A stretch of DNA of 62,788 nucleotides, the filler included. It is 6 parts of 6 records of this genome, joined end to end, with 100 filler letters (N's around TTAATTAATTAA, not from the genome) between each part and the next. Parts side by side here need not be neighbours in the genome. Positions count along the whole stretch, not along the records: positions 57,529 to 62,788 come from DRR723986_4346; 5 more parts are not named here. One strand, 5' to 3'. Shown here one piece after another: positions 62,504-62,788 of the stretch. Position 1 is the stretch's first letter. The number at the start of each line of letters is the position of its first letter. A program made the position numbers and the translations under genes. Under the pieces are notes generated by a model. That model worked only from the letters and a program-made list of their open reading frames with translations. It was not told where the DNA came from and made no database searches.

Positions 62504-62788
62504 ATTTCGAACTGACCGACGAACAGGTGATGATCTTCGACTTGGCGAAAGCCTTTGGAGAGGAACATATCGCCCCCTTCGCGATGGACTGGGAAACGGC
62601 GGGCACGATCCCGAAAGAGCTCTGGCCCAAGATCGCGGAACTTGGCTTTGGCGGGCTTTATGTGTCCGAGGACTATGGCGGATCGGGTCTGTCGCGACTG
62701 GATGCGACGCTGGTATTTGAGGCGCTGGCCATGTCCTGCCCTGCGGTCGGCAGCTTCCTGTCGATCCACAACATGTGCGGCGGCATGA
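62500..62788 (+). CDS. Acyl-CoA dehydrogenase (isobutyryl-CoA DH-like), 5' part
   Basis: Manual translation: MNFELTDEQ...AELGFGGLYVSEDYGGSGLSRLDATLVFEALAMSCP...SIHNM. Confidence 0.92.
   Translation, partial: MNFELTDEQVMIFDLAKAFGEEHIAPFAMDWETAGTIPKELWPKIAELGFGGLYVSEDYGGSGLSRLDATLVFEALAMSCPAVGSFLSIHNMCGGM

Overview
The window is not one contiguous locus. It is six fragments joined by 100-nt N spacers that carry an artificial TTAATTAATTAA linker (13290-13389, 18609-18708, 32189-32288, 50109-50208, 57429-57528). Taxonomic labels below are impressions from gene content and base composition. Fragment 1 (1-13289, Roseibium/Labrenzia-like alphaproteobacterium) lies between a dimeric and a monomeric NADP-isocitrate dehydrogenase. 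It holds regulators, an MFS pump, a GGDEF-EAL protein, a periplasmic chorismate mutase, a cobalamin riboswitch with cbiM, and an OhrR-like/chloroperoxidase pair. Fragment 2 (Rhodobacteraceae-like) has two SLC13/TrkA-C transporters, a DMT, a HisA paralog and the start of yebC. Fragment 3 runs from tRNA-Ser to gatB through accessory genes. Fragment 4 (lower GC, FCB-group-like) carries a degenerate YcaO-fold gene, a SnoaL-like protein, a giant kinase-AAA-GAF-HK-REC sensor, a DUF5686 outer-membrane protein and an alkylation-repair protein. Fragment 5 has betaine/carnitine-type catabolic genes and rpoH. Fragment 6 is a cluster of small exported proteins between mmsA and an acyl-CoA dehydrogenase. 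The best novelty candidate is the Tat-exported protein at 57628-58146. Much of it is built from short duplicated peptide blocks (GFLLEV[S/T]G x2, FNIGMPPTA x2, LGNFEIQ x2) plus WSWGETNSG. The copies differ almost only at synonymous positions, and the blocks resemble conserved cores of secretion/injection-system proteins. The second candidate is the apparently catalytically dead YcaO next to a SnoaL-like gene.
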